A stretch of 64,000 nt of DNA from Octopus vulgaris (taxonomy: Eukaryota): the NCBI GenBank assembly GCA_951406725.2, contig OX597817.1, positions 26,598,001 to 26,662,000 on the forward strand, read 5' to 3'. The notes beneath the pieces are model-generated. The model ran no database searches. It saw only the letters and a program-made list of their open reading frames with translations, and was not told the origin of the DNA. The stretch's first letter is position 1; each line of letters begins with the position of its first letter. The position numbers and the translations under genes are program-made. This document shows, piece after piece, positions 13,113-26,280 of the stretch.

Positions 13113-13633
13113 CGCTGATGCTGATGATGCTATCACTAATGTCACCAAAGATGACAATGTCAAAATAACAATGATGATGATGATGATGATATCGGTGATG
13201 ATGGTTACCTGAGTAACATTACCGCGTAACAAATTCATGTTTGTATTCAATCTTGCCATGACATTTGTATTTTGTCATATTAGAATGAGCCTTTAACAAT
13301 TTTTCAGGATTTATACACTTCTCTCTGCTACCAAAAGCTGAAAATAACAGAAGAGTTCCTATTCAAATACAAACATATTTCTAATCTTAAACTTGTTTAC
13401 ATAATACAAGTTTGATAGCCTAACAGTAATTAACAAGAGTATCAGAACAACATGGATATTGAATAATACAGGTTATTGAAAGAACATATATTATGGCTGT
13501 CAAAAAACAAAATTTATGGAAAAAAACTTTGTTGTCATTTTTTAGACACCAAAACAGCCTCATTGAATAGATTTAAGAGGAAAGGTATACTAGCCATTAC
13601 TATCTCATATTTTTAGAGTTGTTATCTTAGACT

Positions 13634-13880
13634 GTGGAGGCATGTGGTTTAGTTGTTAGAGTGTTGGACTCATGGTCATAGAATTGTGGTTTCAGTTTCT
13701 GATCTGAGCAATGTGTTGTAATTGAGCAAAATACTTCATTTCACAATGCTACAATCCACTCAGCTGGAAAAATTGAGCAATCCTGTAATGGACCAGCATC
13801 CTGTCTAAGTGGGAAATTTATATGCCATGGAAACCGGCAAAGTGGCCCGTATGAGTCAGCATTAATCAAGAAGGTAACTT
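13634..13880 (+). mobile_element. SINE family D, diverged
   Basis: gtggaggcatgtggtttagt head and atggaccagcatcctgtc...ggaaaccgg body. Confidence 0.65.
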
Positions 13881-13969
13881 TACCTTATCTTAGATGGCAT
13901 TATCTAATATGTCATCTCTTCTTAGAACAATGTAGATATATATACATAGCTCTTTTGCTAAGTTGTTTG

Positions 13970-14200
13970 TCATCATCATCATCGTTTAACGTCCGTTTTC
14001 TATGCTATCATGGGTTGGATGGTTTGACCGGGGTCTGGGAAGCCAGGAGGCTGCACCAGGCTCCAGTCTGATCTGGCAGTGTTTCTACAGCTGTATGCCC
14101 TTCCTAACGCCAACCATGGTCATGATTGGTTGGTGCTTTTTATGTGCCACCTGCACAGAAGCCAGTCAAGGTGGTGCTCGCATCGGCCACGTTCAGATGT
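13970..14200 (-). mobile_element. Family B copy
   Basis: (CAT)n then cgtttaacgtccg...gcccttcctaacgccaacc. Confidence 0.85.
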
Positions 14201-15634
14201 TTGTGTCATAAATAAATGGTTTCAAGTTCAGTTTCACCATGTGACATTCAAGGCAAGTATTTTTCATTATAGCCCTAGTTTGGTCAATATCTTGTGAGTG
14301 GAAAAGGCTAGATGGAGAGTGTATAGAAGCCTAGTATGCATATATACAATCACTGTGTATGTATGTATACATATAGATATATGCATATATATTTGTGAAA
14401 ATGATTGTTCTCGTTATGAATGGACATTGAATATTTGAAGATCAGCAATAAAAAAAAGTTACTTGTGAAATGGGTAACAGTTGACAACAAGAAGGGTATC
14501 AAGCCATAAGATGCTGTTTCAAATAAGCGCCCCTATCCAAATCCAATCAGCATGTGAGAAACACAGGTATTAAAAATGAATGAATGTACAATGATTGAAG
14601 TGCCTTTTGGTAAAGATTTGGCTGTTATATCTAGCATAGTGTGTAGCCAGGTAGATGTTCTTTCACTGGTTTGACAGTGAAAAGCATCCTATATGTGGAC
14701 AGGATACACACCACAAGCAGTGTTTGTCTTGTCATAGAAGACTAAGAATAGAATGTTTAAGAAGAGTGCCTGGAACAATAAAAGAACCATTGTAGAAACA
14801 TAGTCTGAAGTAGTTGAGAAAATTCCAAACAAGAGTTACTTGAATCATTGACATTATCGTTGTCATTGCTGTCGTCATCCTCATATTCTTCCCCATCATC
14901 ATCATCATCTGTCTGTCGCTGTTGTTGTTTATCTTCTGGAAATCAGTCTCAATTGAGCAGAACTACGATACAAAAGATTCCAGTTTTGACCATCTTTAAA
15001 AAAATTTTTTTTTTCTGCAATGCACAGAAATCTAGGACTAAATTATTCAAAGAATCCATTTCTAAGATGGGGGGGTATTTATTTGAGGAAAAATTAGCTG
15101 TTATTTTTAACAAAGCGTAATAAAAAATGAACTCTACACTATTTTTTTTTATTTATTTGCTTTTTTTGTTTGGATGTCACTGAAAGTCTTGCCATTTGTT
15201 GCAATGCACTGATATCTGTTCCATGAGTCCTAACCTCCTGAGATCAGAACCCACGTCACGTTTACCTGCATTTTCTTGATTTCCTCTTCTGCATAATTCT
15301 CCAAATTTGATTGCTTTGTTAATTGTCCCAATTTTACTTCACAAATATGTTGAATGGCTGTTTTCACAGGTTGAGTGTATTTGGCTACTGGCTGAGTCCA
15401 TCATACAAAATTGTCTTACTGCTGTCCAATATCATAATTGAATACGCAGTGTTCCTCTCATGGCCTTTGTGAAAGATATATGGTGAATGAGACCGAAAGC
15501 TTTATGTGCAGACAAGTTCCTCTTCAGTAAAACCTTTGTCAACCTTCATCAAATTTTTCAAATTCTATTTGGAAAAGCAAATGAGGGTGGAATGAATTTG
15601 TCTTGTAAATTTGTTAGATAAATTTAACAAACAT

Positions 15635-15799
15635 GGAGTGGCTGCATGGTAAGTAGCTTGCTAACCAACCACATGGTTCTGGGTTCAGTCCCACTGCGTG
15701 GCATCTTGGGCAAGTGTCTTCTGCTAAAGCCCCGGGCCGACCAATGCCTTGTGAGTGGATTTGGTAGATGGAAACTGAAAGAAGCCTGTGGTATATATG

Positions 15800-15834
<35 letters not shown>

Positions 15835-16039
15835 GTTTGTGTGTCTGTGTTTGTCCCCCTAGCATTGCTTGACAACTGATGCTGGTGTGTTTACGTCCCC
15901 GTCACTTAGCGGTTCGGCAAAAGAGACCGATAGAATAAGTACTGGGCTTACAAAGAATAAGTCCTGGGGTCAATTTGCTCGACTAAAAGGCGGTGCTCCA
16001 GCATGGCCACAGTCAAATGACTGAAACAAGTAAAAGAGT
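15635..16039 (+). mobile_element. SINE family A
   Basis: Head, internal (TA)n(TG)n and body match family A. Confidence 0.92.
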
Positions 16040-16559
16040 ATGTTTAGGATGAGTGGAATTACTCTCAGCCTGTAAATTGCAGAACAACAGATATCTGGGC
16101 GCTCTTACTCTTAGTGGCCAGGGTGATCCTGGATCAGTGCAGTTACTTGATGGCCTTGTGATAGCCTGTTTTATATCAGGAGAGCTGCATATTAAATATA
16201 TATTTATGTATTTTGTATTCAATTGATTTCTGTTTCTCACCTTTTTGTCCTTTACTATTATACTTTTTTTATAAACTCCTATGCAAACTGTAGCCAATTT
16301 TTGTGATGTTCTCGCCCATTCATGCCCTTGTGGCAAATACAGGAAATCATCATCATCATCACCATCACTACCAACCCCAAAACAAGATGCCTAGCAGTAT
16401 TTCATTCATCTTTGCATTCTCAGTTCAAATTCTACAGAGACTGACTTTACCTTCATCCTTCAGTTGTAATTGAAATAGAGACCAGTTGAAAACTGGGGTC
16501 AATATAATCTCCTAGCCCCTCCCACAAAATTTCAGTGCCTATATTATTATTGTCATTAT

Positions 16560-16770
16560 TATTTATTGTCTTTGCACACCTTCTAATGCTGGGGATGCAC
16601 TATGGTGTCAGCTGCTCACTACCATTGATCTAATTAACACCCTTATTTTTTGAGCACCATCTAGAGTATTCAAGCAGTTCCAAGCAGCACTGCTTTCTGC
16701 AAGTGCTCCACCCTTATTACAGCACCTATTTGTTCCATGTACTTCTCAAGATTTTTACTCACTGTTCCCT
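16560..16770 (-). mobile_element. R4/Dong-like LINE 3' end (second subfamily)
   Basis: Reads GTVSKNLEKYMEQIGAVIRVEHLQKAVLLGTA*IL; TAT repeats on both sides. Confidence 0.6.
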
Positions 16771-16785
16771 TCATTATTATTATTA

Positions 16786-17272
16786 TTCAGTAGTTTTATT
16801 TTTATAGCGTGCTTTCACTTCACTACCGAGCGCAGCTCTGTGTGCCTTAGGTATGTGCTGTGATTTGTTGTGATGCTCTGATGGTTATTGTATGGAAAGT
16901 GTTCTGCATAGGATGTGTGCAGTGCCTAGTAGTGCAATTTTCTGTATGTTATATGTGTTTGTAAGTCCTGGTGTTTTTGTTATGTATTTGTCTGAATATT
17001 TTTTTATCATGCCTAATGCACCTACTATGATAGGAATTGTTTCTGTTTTTAGATTCCACATTCTGGTTACCTCTATTTCCAATCTTTGTATTTTGAGAGT
17101 TTCTCCATTTCTTTTAGAGACACGTTGTCATCTGCCGGTATTGATACATCAATTAGAAAGCATTTATTTCATCATGATCTCTGACAACTATATCTGGTCT
17201 GTTGGCCTTAATTTCTCTATCTGTGTGTATCGGCATATCCCAGAGTATGGTTGCTTTCTCGTTTTCTGTGAC
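16786..17272 (-). mobile_element. R4/Dong-clade LINE 3' end with restriction-like endonuclease domain
   Basis: ILWDMPIHTDREIKANRPDIVV...LIDVSIPAD...KY...PIIVGALG...QKIALLGTAHIL; flanked by (TAA)n on both sides. Confidence 0.88.
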
Positions 17273-17273
17273 C

Positions 17274-17322
<49 letters not shown>

Positions 17323-17333
17323 CATTATTATTA

Positions 17334-17367
<34 letters not shown>

Positions 17368-17380
17368 CATTATTATTAAT
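17273..17380. repeat. (TAT/TAA)n microsatellite
   Basis: Direct reading. Confidence 0.95.
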
Positions 17381-17421
17381 ATTTTTTGTTTTGTTGTAAC
17401 AGACAGAGACTATCTTTTGAT

Positions 17422-18051
17422 TCATTTGCAGGGCATTGTGGGCAATAAGCATTTTTCTGGATATCGTCCAATGTCAACATCTAACTCAGAGGCTTCAAAC
17501 TGAGAGGGAAGAAAAATAAGGCATTATGAAATAGGAAAATAGAAATATGTCTTTAGATATAAAGACTATAATACGTAGATTAGTGGTGTCAAACAAATCA
17601 ATTCAGAGGAAATTATATGAAGCTAGAATTTTTCTATATATGTAATGGAGAACCCAATAATCAAAGAAAAAGATCTAAAAATGTATTAATTAGTGTGTGT
17701 ACCAATATTAGGTTTTTGTCCACCCACTGTTATTTCAATGTTTTTTTTGTTTATAAGGCATAGAAATAAATCACATATATCCATTTATATAGCTAATAAA
17801 AGTAAAGCCAAAATAAATAAATAAATGAATAACTAAATAAAGAATGGATACAAACATAAGAAATATGGTTGGGAAGCATTATTAATGATCGGGAAAACAT
17901 ACTGTTTTCCTTGTTATGTTTGACATAATGCCATTAAATCCAGTCTTAATTGCTTCTAATATAACTCAACAATAGATGTTTCTAAAGAAATTGTAAAGAA
18001 CTTTAGCTTGTTCTTCTGTTCCTATCACGTTTTGAAAGAGTGGATTTTCAC
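17422..18051 (-). pseudogene. Two exon-like segments (18051-17903, 17499-17422) with one in-frame TGA
   Basis: Acceptors attccag and ttttcttccctctcag, donor ACA|GTATGT; joined frame ENPLFQNVIGTEEQAKVLYNFFRNIYC*VILEAIKTGFNGIMSNITRKT|FEASELDVDIGRYPEKCLLPTMPCK*. Confidence 0.4.
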
Positions 18052-18382
18052 CTGGAATATTAGAATATCAAATGCTTTGAGGTAAAATTTAAACTTTGTT
18101 CTTGTTTATATTAAATTTTTCTGTTACACATTACCATTGTTGTCTCAATCTTTGCCTCAATACTTTACAATTCTTCAAGTAAACTAAGTACATATGACTA
18201 TACAGATACACATACAACCTTACAATAAGCTGACACGTTAAAGGCTTGAACGATCTCTTTTTTAAGACTTTTCCTAGTTCACTTCCTGTGAATTTTCTAT
18301 GTACTGTTCATGCAGAGTTGGTTACTTTTTCTGATGAGTTGTAGAGACCTAAGCACTGTATACATTAAGCTCATTATTCATA

Positions 18383-20080
18383 CTAGCAGAAAAACTGCAC
18401 TACGGACGGTTTTCTGCTAGATACTCGATAATATTTTCACATTTGATTCCCTATTCTAAGAATTTTAATATTTTATGTCTAATTATTTCTTTATACGATA
18501 GTGCTCACTTGCTTAGTAAATATTGCTTTTATTATTTTATCAGTCGTAATCTCTCATTTTTAAACAAATATCACAGTAGTCCAACAACAGAGGGAGAGGC
18601 AGTTTGTCAAGTTTTACCTTCCCCTCAAAGCAACATAGAGATTTCAATTCTGCAGCCCATCTGTAATCTTTGCAGTATGTGCATGAAAGAGAGAGGAGGA
18701 GAGAGAACATTGCAAACAATGAAGGAAATAAACATGAAATGAAAATATTGTTGTATAAATAAAAGGGCGTTACTATAGATGTATACACCTCTGACATTGT
18801 TGCCTCATAACATCCAAAAAAAGGGATGCTTTTTAACAAAACTTTCTACAAATACTGCGAAGATGTTGCATTTATGGGGAAAAATTTTTCAGAGGAGGTG
18901 GAGAGAGGAGTTTTGGAAAATTTATATGATCTGACTTTTTCCCTGCATAACTTTCAGGAAAATGAGTATCTTTTAATGCAAGTTTATACAAATCCCTTCT
19001 AAATGGCATAGATGATAATTATAAAGAAATTTGTAGGGAAAATTTTTTCGGGGTTTTTCTCGATTTTATTTGAAACCACAGCCTTCGAAATAATGGGGTT
19101 GGATATCTTTGTATGGAAAAAGTTTTGAAAACTTTTTCTTTTTACACCCACTCCCTCATCATCCCAATCCGGACCTGTTTTGGACAATTCGTTTTGCACT
19201 TCAAAACCATGGGAAGGACATTTTTGGTAAAAAAAAAGTTAATAACTTCAGAGGGAAAAGTGAGTGATTTAAGGGTGATCTGGCCGTTGTTTCTAGCACA
19301 TCCAAAGACAACCCTCCTCGTTTCTTTATTACACTCGCATGTATTGATGTTTTTCAATATTTTTTTCCTCATAAATACATTTATATGTTTTACAAAAGAA
19401 AATTTAAGAAATTAGGAATTTTTTGCACCCTCCCTCCTACTCCCTGCCCCCCCGATTGTTTCTCTCTAGAAATTAAAATATTGGAAAACCTGAGATGGTC
19501 ATTGTTGGCATTTATCCACAGTGATTAAAAAAAATCACATAAATGATAATTCATTTTAATAGCATTCTTTTCTGTAAGAAAATGCTTTTTCTTAAACATA
19601 CGCACACAGCTTCGCTTGAGGTGGAGGTAAAAATTTAGGTTACAATTTATTTGGTTGCTTATATTCCACCAATTGACTACACGTGTGTTACTTCGGCATC
19701 ATCATTCCATAAAATGTGTTTAAAGGGACAAAAGTATTGAAAAAACATCAATACATGTAAGAGTGAAAACAGAGTGTTTGTTTAGGTTGTGCTAGAAACA
19801 AGAGCGAAACTTCCCTTGAATTGTTCACTTTTTCCACAGAAAATATTTATAATTTATTTTGTTTTTCTTTTTACCATAAAGGCTCTGGCACTATTTAAAT
19901 ACAGAGGTCCCACTTAAATACAGGTCTCGATGCATCTACATGACATGTTTATCAGTGCACACTCATAAGGGGTGATAGTTAGATAGTTTTAGGGTTAGTT
20001 AGGGCTAGGGTTACGTAGATGCGTCAGGACCTCTGTAATTAATGTGTTTAAAGTACACTGTATTTTATATGAATAATATA
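18383..20080 (-). mobile_element. Probable Helitron-type non-autonomous composite element (5' end uncertain)
   Basis: Minus-strand 3' end with hairpin then ttttctgCTAG|T at 18383; internal inverted repeat and nested MITE. Confidence 0.4.
19902..20035. mobile_element. Small TA-flanked MITE with TTAGGG-like interior
   Basis: TA|CAGAGGTCC...GGACCTCTG|TA; subterminal palindrome gatgcatctac/gtagatgcgtc. Confidence 0.6.
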
Positions 20081-20163
20081 TAGTCTATTGACTAATTTTT
20101 CTATACGCTAGGCCACTGGTAGTTAAAATTTCTAAAATCTTTATTACCCTAATATTATTAATT

Positions 20164-20199
<36 letters not shown>

Positions 20200-20550
20200 G
20201 TTTAACGTCTGCTTTTCATGCTAGCATGGGTTGGACGATTTGACTGAGGTCTGGTGAACCAGATCGCTGCACCAGACTCCAATCTGATCTGGCAGAGTTT
20301 CTACAGCTGGATGCCCTTCCTAATGCCAACCACTCTGAGAGTGTAGTGGATGCTTTTATGTGCCACCGGAATGAGGGCCAGTCGAGTGGTACTGGCAACG
20401 GCCATGCTCAAATGGTGCTTTTTATGTGCCACCTGCACAGGAACCAATCCGGCGGCACTGGCAACATTTGTTGTTCTGGTAGTGATCACGCTCGTATGGT
20501 ACTCTTAGTTCTTCACTAGCATGGATGCCAGTCATTGAATTTGATTTCGA
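20164..20550 (-). mobile_element. Family B copy
   Basis: (CAT)n tail, conserved block and tandem units. Confidence 0.85.
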
Positions 20551-20568
20551 TTTTAATTATCATTATAA

Positions 20569-20614
<46 letters not shown>

Positions 20615-20679
20615 TTATATGTATATATATATATATTAAAAATTGTATAATATAGCAGCATTTTCGAACTTCATTTTTT

Positions 20680-20718
<39 letters not shown>

Positions 20719-20820
20719 TTATTTGTCAAAGCTGCTCAGTGACCATTGGTTTCACATCTACAAAGCACTTAGCTGGAGACATTTACCCTCTTTACAACTG
20801 TATTTACATATGTATGCATG

Positions 20821-20853
<33 letters not shown>

Positions 20854-21159
20854 GTATGTGTAGGTATGTGGATGTGTGTACTTTAGAAATTGTCACAAAC
20901 TGCATTAGTTTCTCATAACATTCCATCAACAATCATGAGAATGCAAGGCAAAAATTCTTTGTTTATTTATGTGTTATCTAAAACTCATAGAAACAAGATC
21001 ATTATGGCTTTCTCATTTACATCAATGCCATGCATCTTCTATGGAATAATCAACAAAGAATAATGCATTTCTTATACTGTTTGCCTTTTTTTTTTTAGTA
21101 ATAATCTATACATTCTTTCAACAGCTATTTACTGTTTCTTTTAACCTTATTTCATTTAC

Positions 21160-21324
21160 ATTTAAAATGAAAGAATGAATGGAAAGTGAAATATTCATTG
21201 TAGAAAAATGTTATATATTGTGATTTATATGTTATTAACGAGGAGAGCACATTTTGAAGATCCGCAGGCCATTCTGTGGTTCCAACAGATGCTGCTGGGG
21301 TGAAATTAAAACATAGATTTTCAT
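21160..21324 (-). other. Exon-like open segment
   Basis: Acceptor atatttccag; stop-free ENLCFNFTPAASVGTTEWPADLQNVLSSLITYK...; donor T|GTAAAT is weak. Confidence 0.3.
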
Positions 21325-21594
21325 CTGGAAATATATGAAAGTGCTGAAATTATATTGCTTTATAAATCATGTTCAAAACATTTACAATTCAAACAAATAT
21401 ATGTTTAAAGAATAAAACAGTTTATTTTGGTTTTTGTATCTGGTTTGAAAGATTCTTTGTGTGAATTCATGTGTCGATAGTCACTGAGAAGGTTGAAAAA
21501 AACAATGAAAAAGCTTTGAGGAAAACAAAAAAAATCGGATATTTAATAAATAAGTGGAAATAAACCAGTGTATGTGATAATTTTATTGGCATGA

Positions 21595-21984
21595 CTAGCA
21601 GTATCGCCCGGCGTTGCTCAGGTTTGTAAGGGAAATAACTATAAAGCATTTTTAGAGAGTTATAGCCAAAAAATAGCAAAAAAATGGAAAAAAAAAATTG
21701 TGGTAAATTTTTTTTTGAGAGTAAAAAAAGGTTGAGTTGCGTCCCCTAGACAGTCTGTGGTTTGTTTTTTTTTATTCTCGACCCCATGTCGAATTTATCG
21801 ATTTTTTTCAGAACTGGGGTTAACTTTTCAAAATTTTCGCTGCGTTAGTTTTGAATTATGACATTGGGCTATGTGTGTGTCAAGTTTCATCAGAATCGGT
21901 TGAAAGCCGTGGTCAGGGTGAGGGTACAAGCAAACAGACACACAGAAACACGCACAGACAAACTGCCGTTTATATATAGAGAGA
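21595..21984 (-). mobile_element. Non-autonomous Helitron
   Basis: Minus strand A|TCTCTCTATATATAAA ... cctgagcaacgccggg hairpin ... CTAG|T; no TSD. Confidence 0.85.
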
Positions 21985-22094
21985 TGACTCTCCTTAGATA
22001 CAACTTATTTTGGATGGTGCCAAAAGCAGTAGATCACAATGGATTATTGTTACTAAGAATGTGCAATTCTAAGAATGTACAATAACAATACACC

Positions 22095-22320
22095 CTGCAT
22101 GGGGTGGATGCAGATGTCTTTAAAATAAAACTGGATCTCTTCCTGTCAGGTGTCCCAGATGAACCAACTTCACGGCAGGAGGTGCAGATGAGGGCAGCTG
22201 CATCGAACTCTCTCATGCCCCAAATGGCAATTGCTAAAATGCATTCGTGAAGTAAAATCATGTAACAACATCAAATGGCGGTACCACAGCTCGTGAGCTG
22301 AAACTAGATAAAATAAATAA
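22095..22320 (+). mobile_element. LINE (CR1/L2 group) 3' end
   Basis: LHGVDADVFKIKLDLFLSGVPDEP...RAAASNSL followed by an A-rich tail. Confidence 0.7.
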
Positions 22321-22339
22321 ATAAAAATAAAATAAAATG

Positions 22340-22374
<35 letters not shown>

Positions 22375-22447
22375 ACATACATACATTCACATATCTATCT
22401 ATCTGTCTGTCTGTCTGTCTATCTACATAAATATACAAAAATAATCT

Positions 22448-22479
<32 letters not shown>

Positions 22480-23181
22480 ATGGGTTTCTTTCAGTTTCCA
22501 TTTACCGAATTCACTTACAAGGCTCTGGTTGGCCTGGGTTTGTAACAGAAGACACTTATCTAAGGTGGCATACAGTAAGACTGAACCCAGAACCATGTGG
22601 TTGGGAAGCAAACTTCTTATCACACAACTGTATATATATAAATGCACATGTATACATATACATAAATACTTGTGTGTGTGTGTGTACAATGCATATGTAT
22701 AATGTATATATGTATTTCTTTATTAAGATAATGTCTCTAAGTAGACTAGTCATATTTTAGTCTCACTACATTTCATCAAAAAGTCTCTGACAAGTTCTAA
22801 GAAAGAAATCTGACAAGTCTTGTTATCACCTACAATGTAATAATATATACATCGACACTTTACTAAATAAATTTTTTAGAATTCTCCCTGAAGTTCTTAA
22901 TTTTACCTGAAGTCCCTGTGTTTCTCCCTGTAGAGATGCAATTTTACCTGAAGAAATTAATCTTTACGTCTGTAAAGTCATATATAATTAAAATAAGTTT
23001 AAAAATTTGACTGATATTTAACCATGTCAGTTATTGTTTATCTATGTAACGATATATCTGAGTGTGTGCATGTGTGTATATATATGCTTGTATATGTGTG
23101 TGAGAGTATATATAAACCATCCAACCCATGCCATCAGGGAAAGCAGATATTAAATGATGATATATTTATATATATATATAT

Positions 23182-23590
23182 CTTTTACTCTTTACTCTTT
23201 TACTTGTTTCAGTCATTTGACTGCAGCCATGCTGGAGTACCGCCTTTAGTTGAGCAAATCGACCCCAGAATTTATTCTTTGGAAGCCTAATACTGTATTC
23301 TATAGGTTTCTTTTGCTGAACTGCTGAGTTACAGGGGCATAAACACACCAGCATCGGTTGTCAAGTGATGTTGGGGAACAAACAAAGACACACAAATATA
23401 TACACACACATACATATATATATATACATATATACGACGGTCTTCTTTCAGTTTCCGCCTACCAAATCCACTCACAAGGCTTTGGTCAGCCCGAGGCTAT
23501 AGTAGAAGACACTTGCCCGATTTGCCACGCAGTGGGACTGAACCCGGAACCATGTGGTTGGTAAGCAAGCTACTTACCACACAGCCGCTC

Positions 23591-23593
<3 letters not shown>
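23182..23593 (-). mobile_element. SINE family A
   Basis: Full head, body and tail; partial copies also at about 22480-22630 and 23733-23850. Confidence 0.9.
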
Positions 23594-23639
<46 letters not shown>

Positions 23640-23964
23640 TGGAAAGAACATGTGGCGGAGAGAGTAGATCAAGGTAAACAGGAAACAAAGTGTTGAGAAA
23701 GGATCTTCAGACATTGGACCTGGAAAAATTGACACTCAAGGCTTTAGTCTGCTTGGTGCTATAGTAAAAGACATCTGCTGAAGGTTCCACACAGTGGGAC
23801 TGAACCTATAATTATGTGATTGGGAAATAAACTACTTACCACACAGCCACATATCTAGCTTTTGCTCTCTAGATTTGTTCTGTGTATCTAATGTATATGT
23901 ATACATGCACAGAGACACATATCACAACGAATGCTTGTACATGGAATTTTGCCTTTTCATTTAC

Positions 23965-24093
23965 TTAAATGGAACTTCTGTCTCAGGAATAACATAATCC
24001 TCAGCATATCAATTCCATTGTATTTGTCTAATTACTTTTGCAGGATATTCTCTTAATTATATGTCTGTTCTCTTCAGCTGAAATGTATTGATT
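23965..24093 (-). other. Exon-like segment with stops
   Basis: Strong acceptor ttctttctttgatatatttatttcttag, donor AA|GTAAAT, 129 nt; every frame contains stops. Confidence 0.25.
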
Positions 24094-24327
24094 CTAAGAA
24101 ATAAATATATCAAAGAAAGAAGTAAAAAGCCTAAATCACAAAGGATTTATTACTTGAAAACTTTTGCAATCTGACACAGTTCCAACTGCAGCATTCAAAA
24201 AGTGTTCTAGAGTGCAAATATCTTTCCTTACATGGTAAACGGTAAATCTTTACTATTTTTCTTTTGTCCAAATTTTCTGTATCTTTATTATTGTCTGTGC
24301 AGCACAGACAATAATACTGTTCTGTGT

Positions 24328-24366
<39 letters not shown>

Positions 24367-24614
24367 CATGTGTGCACATGCACGTATGTGTGTGTGAGCA
24401 TAAAATAAGAATAATAGAAAATGGATTGAGCAACACACCTCATTGCATAACACTACAATAGTTTCAACATCTATTCACTGATTCACCAATAGGAACATTG
24501 CTAAAGCATTATATAAAATATAAATTGACATTGTGAGCTGGCAGAATTGCTAGTATGCAGGACAAAATACTGAATGACATTTTGTCTGTCTTTCTGGAGA
24601 AAATACTTACTCTT

Positions 24615-24958
24615 TAACCCAACTCCCCAGATTAGACTACAACCCACTTCATTATTATGTGCGGGCACAGCTGAGCAAGAGACCAACAAAACTCCTAGTA
24701 ACACCACAGATGAACTGAAGGCAAGGATTATGGCAGCATTCACCAACTTAATCAAGGAGACTGTCCAGAAGAGTTGCAGGAGATTCTGAAGTCACCTGGA
24801 GGCCATGGTCGAAGCCGATGGCGATTTTATTTAACAAATTTACTGCTTTGTATTTCAAGATATTTTTATATAATTTTGGTAAATATATGTTAAAATGAAA
24901 TGTCAGTGTTATTTTCATTTTTATGTAATATAGCCAATAGTTTATTCATCGTACCCTG
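24615..24958 (+). mobile_element. Tc1/maT-like transposon 3' fragment
   Basis: PNSPD...ETNKTPSNTTDELKARIMAAFTNL...SCRRF..LEAMVEADGDFI; terminus ...ACCCTG next to (TA)n. Confidence 0.75.
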
Positions 24959-24959
24959 A

Positions 24960-24990
<31 letters not shown>

Positions 24991-25218
24991 CATATTGGGT
25001 GAAAGATAATTAATTTAATCATTACAGATATAGGGTGAAAGATACGTCCATAATTAATCAAAGACTGTTTCTTTTTTTTTTTTGCCATGTGTGAGTTACA
25101 AATATTGTTGTCTGTGGAGACATATTTTTGTAGAAAAAGGAAATAGTAGTCCTTTGGCTGCTATTTCTAAAATTTTCGGTATGTGGTCAAGCAACTTGTT
25201 GCAAAACCCTTATTGTTA

Positions 25219-25219
<1 letters not shown>

Positions 25220-25295
<76 letters not shown>

Positions 25296-25300
25296 ATATA

Positions 25301-25332
<32 letters not shown>

Positions 25333-25383
25333 CATACACACACATACACCCACAGACACCCATATGTATGTATGTATGTATGT

Positions 25384-25440
<57 letters not shown>

Positions 25441-25455
25441 CAGATAGATAGATAT
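25220..25455. repeat. Compound (TA)n/(TATG)n/(TAGA)n microsatellite
   Basis: Direct reading. Confidence 0.95.
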
Positions 25456-26176
25456 GAAATTACAAATATATATTTGGAGTGAGGGGAAATTACATAAGTG
25501 TTTGATGTGAAATAAAATTATATCTCAAAACTGTTTGCAGTGGAACATTTGAACACATAATGAACAATGTGTGAATGCAAGCAATTTACATTCCACCTAA
25601 AAGTGAATAAAATTCTCTTTGTATGACGTTACAAGGATGTTGTCAGTCTGTTGAGACTGGGAATTTGCATCGTTAACAATAAGCAATAGATAATATTATG
25701 AAGTAATGAATCATTTGAATAAACAAGTAGAAAATTATAGCATGTTTTTACACTGACCCTGTAAGAGGGCATTGTTCTTTGTTTCCTGAGAAATGGATCA
25801 GGCAAACCCCGCTTGTATCTTTTCCTAATTTCCATTGATGAGTAAGAGTACAAGATGTTAGTTCTCTACTCAGAGGAATTCAATATATTTAGTATGCCAT
25901 AAGCGTTTTTCTATATGTGTTTAGCTGCAGAATTTGGTAAATATGATGTAGTTTTTTTTAATTATTCTAAAAAATTATCATTAACAAAGAAACTTCCAAA
26001 ATGGTCATGTCTGATCATCACTGCTATGCTTTCTAATCATTGCTAACATTTATATTTTTATGTTGTTCTTGCTCAGACCAATCTTAGTTCTGGTTCAAAA
26101 GATCTATGATCATTGACATTGCAAACATGAATACCCAGTAAATATTTTTCCAATGCAGTGTGTCTAGTCCTACATT

Positions 26177-26210
26177 GTCGTCATCGTCATTGTCGTCATT
26201 GTCATCGTCC

Positions 26211-26280
<70 letters not shown>

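Noticed and set aside
15200-15570. Possible decayed RT fragment (also 53290-53700 and 54380-54850)
   Set aside because: Too degenerate to show a diagnostic motif by eye.
19985-20012. TTAGGG repeats as an interstitial telomere
   Set aside because: Only about three degenerate units, located inside a TIR-bounded MITE.
17903-21324. Loose resemblance of the exon peptides to the MSS51/ZMYND15 C-terminus
   Set aside because: Only scattered residues match from memory, which is not enough to assign a family.
25629-25853. ORF MEIRKRYKRGLPDPFLRKQRTMPSYR as a first coding exon
   Set aside because: No recognisable homology, and alternative frames are equally plausible; kept only as part of the tentative exon chain.
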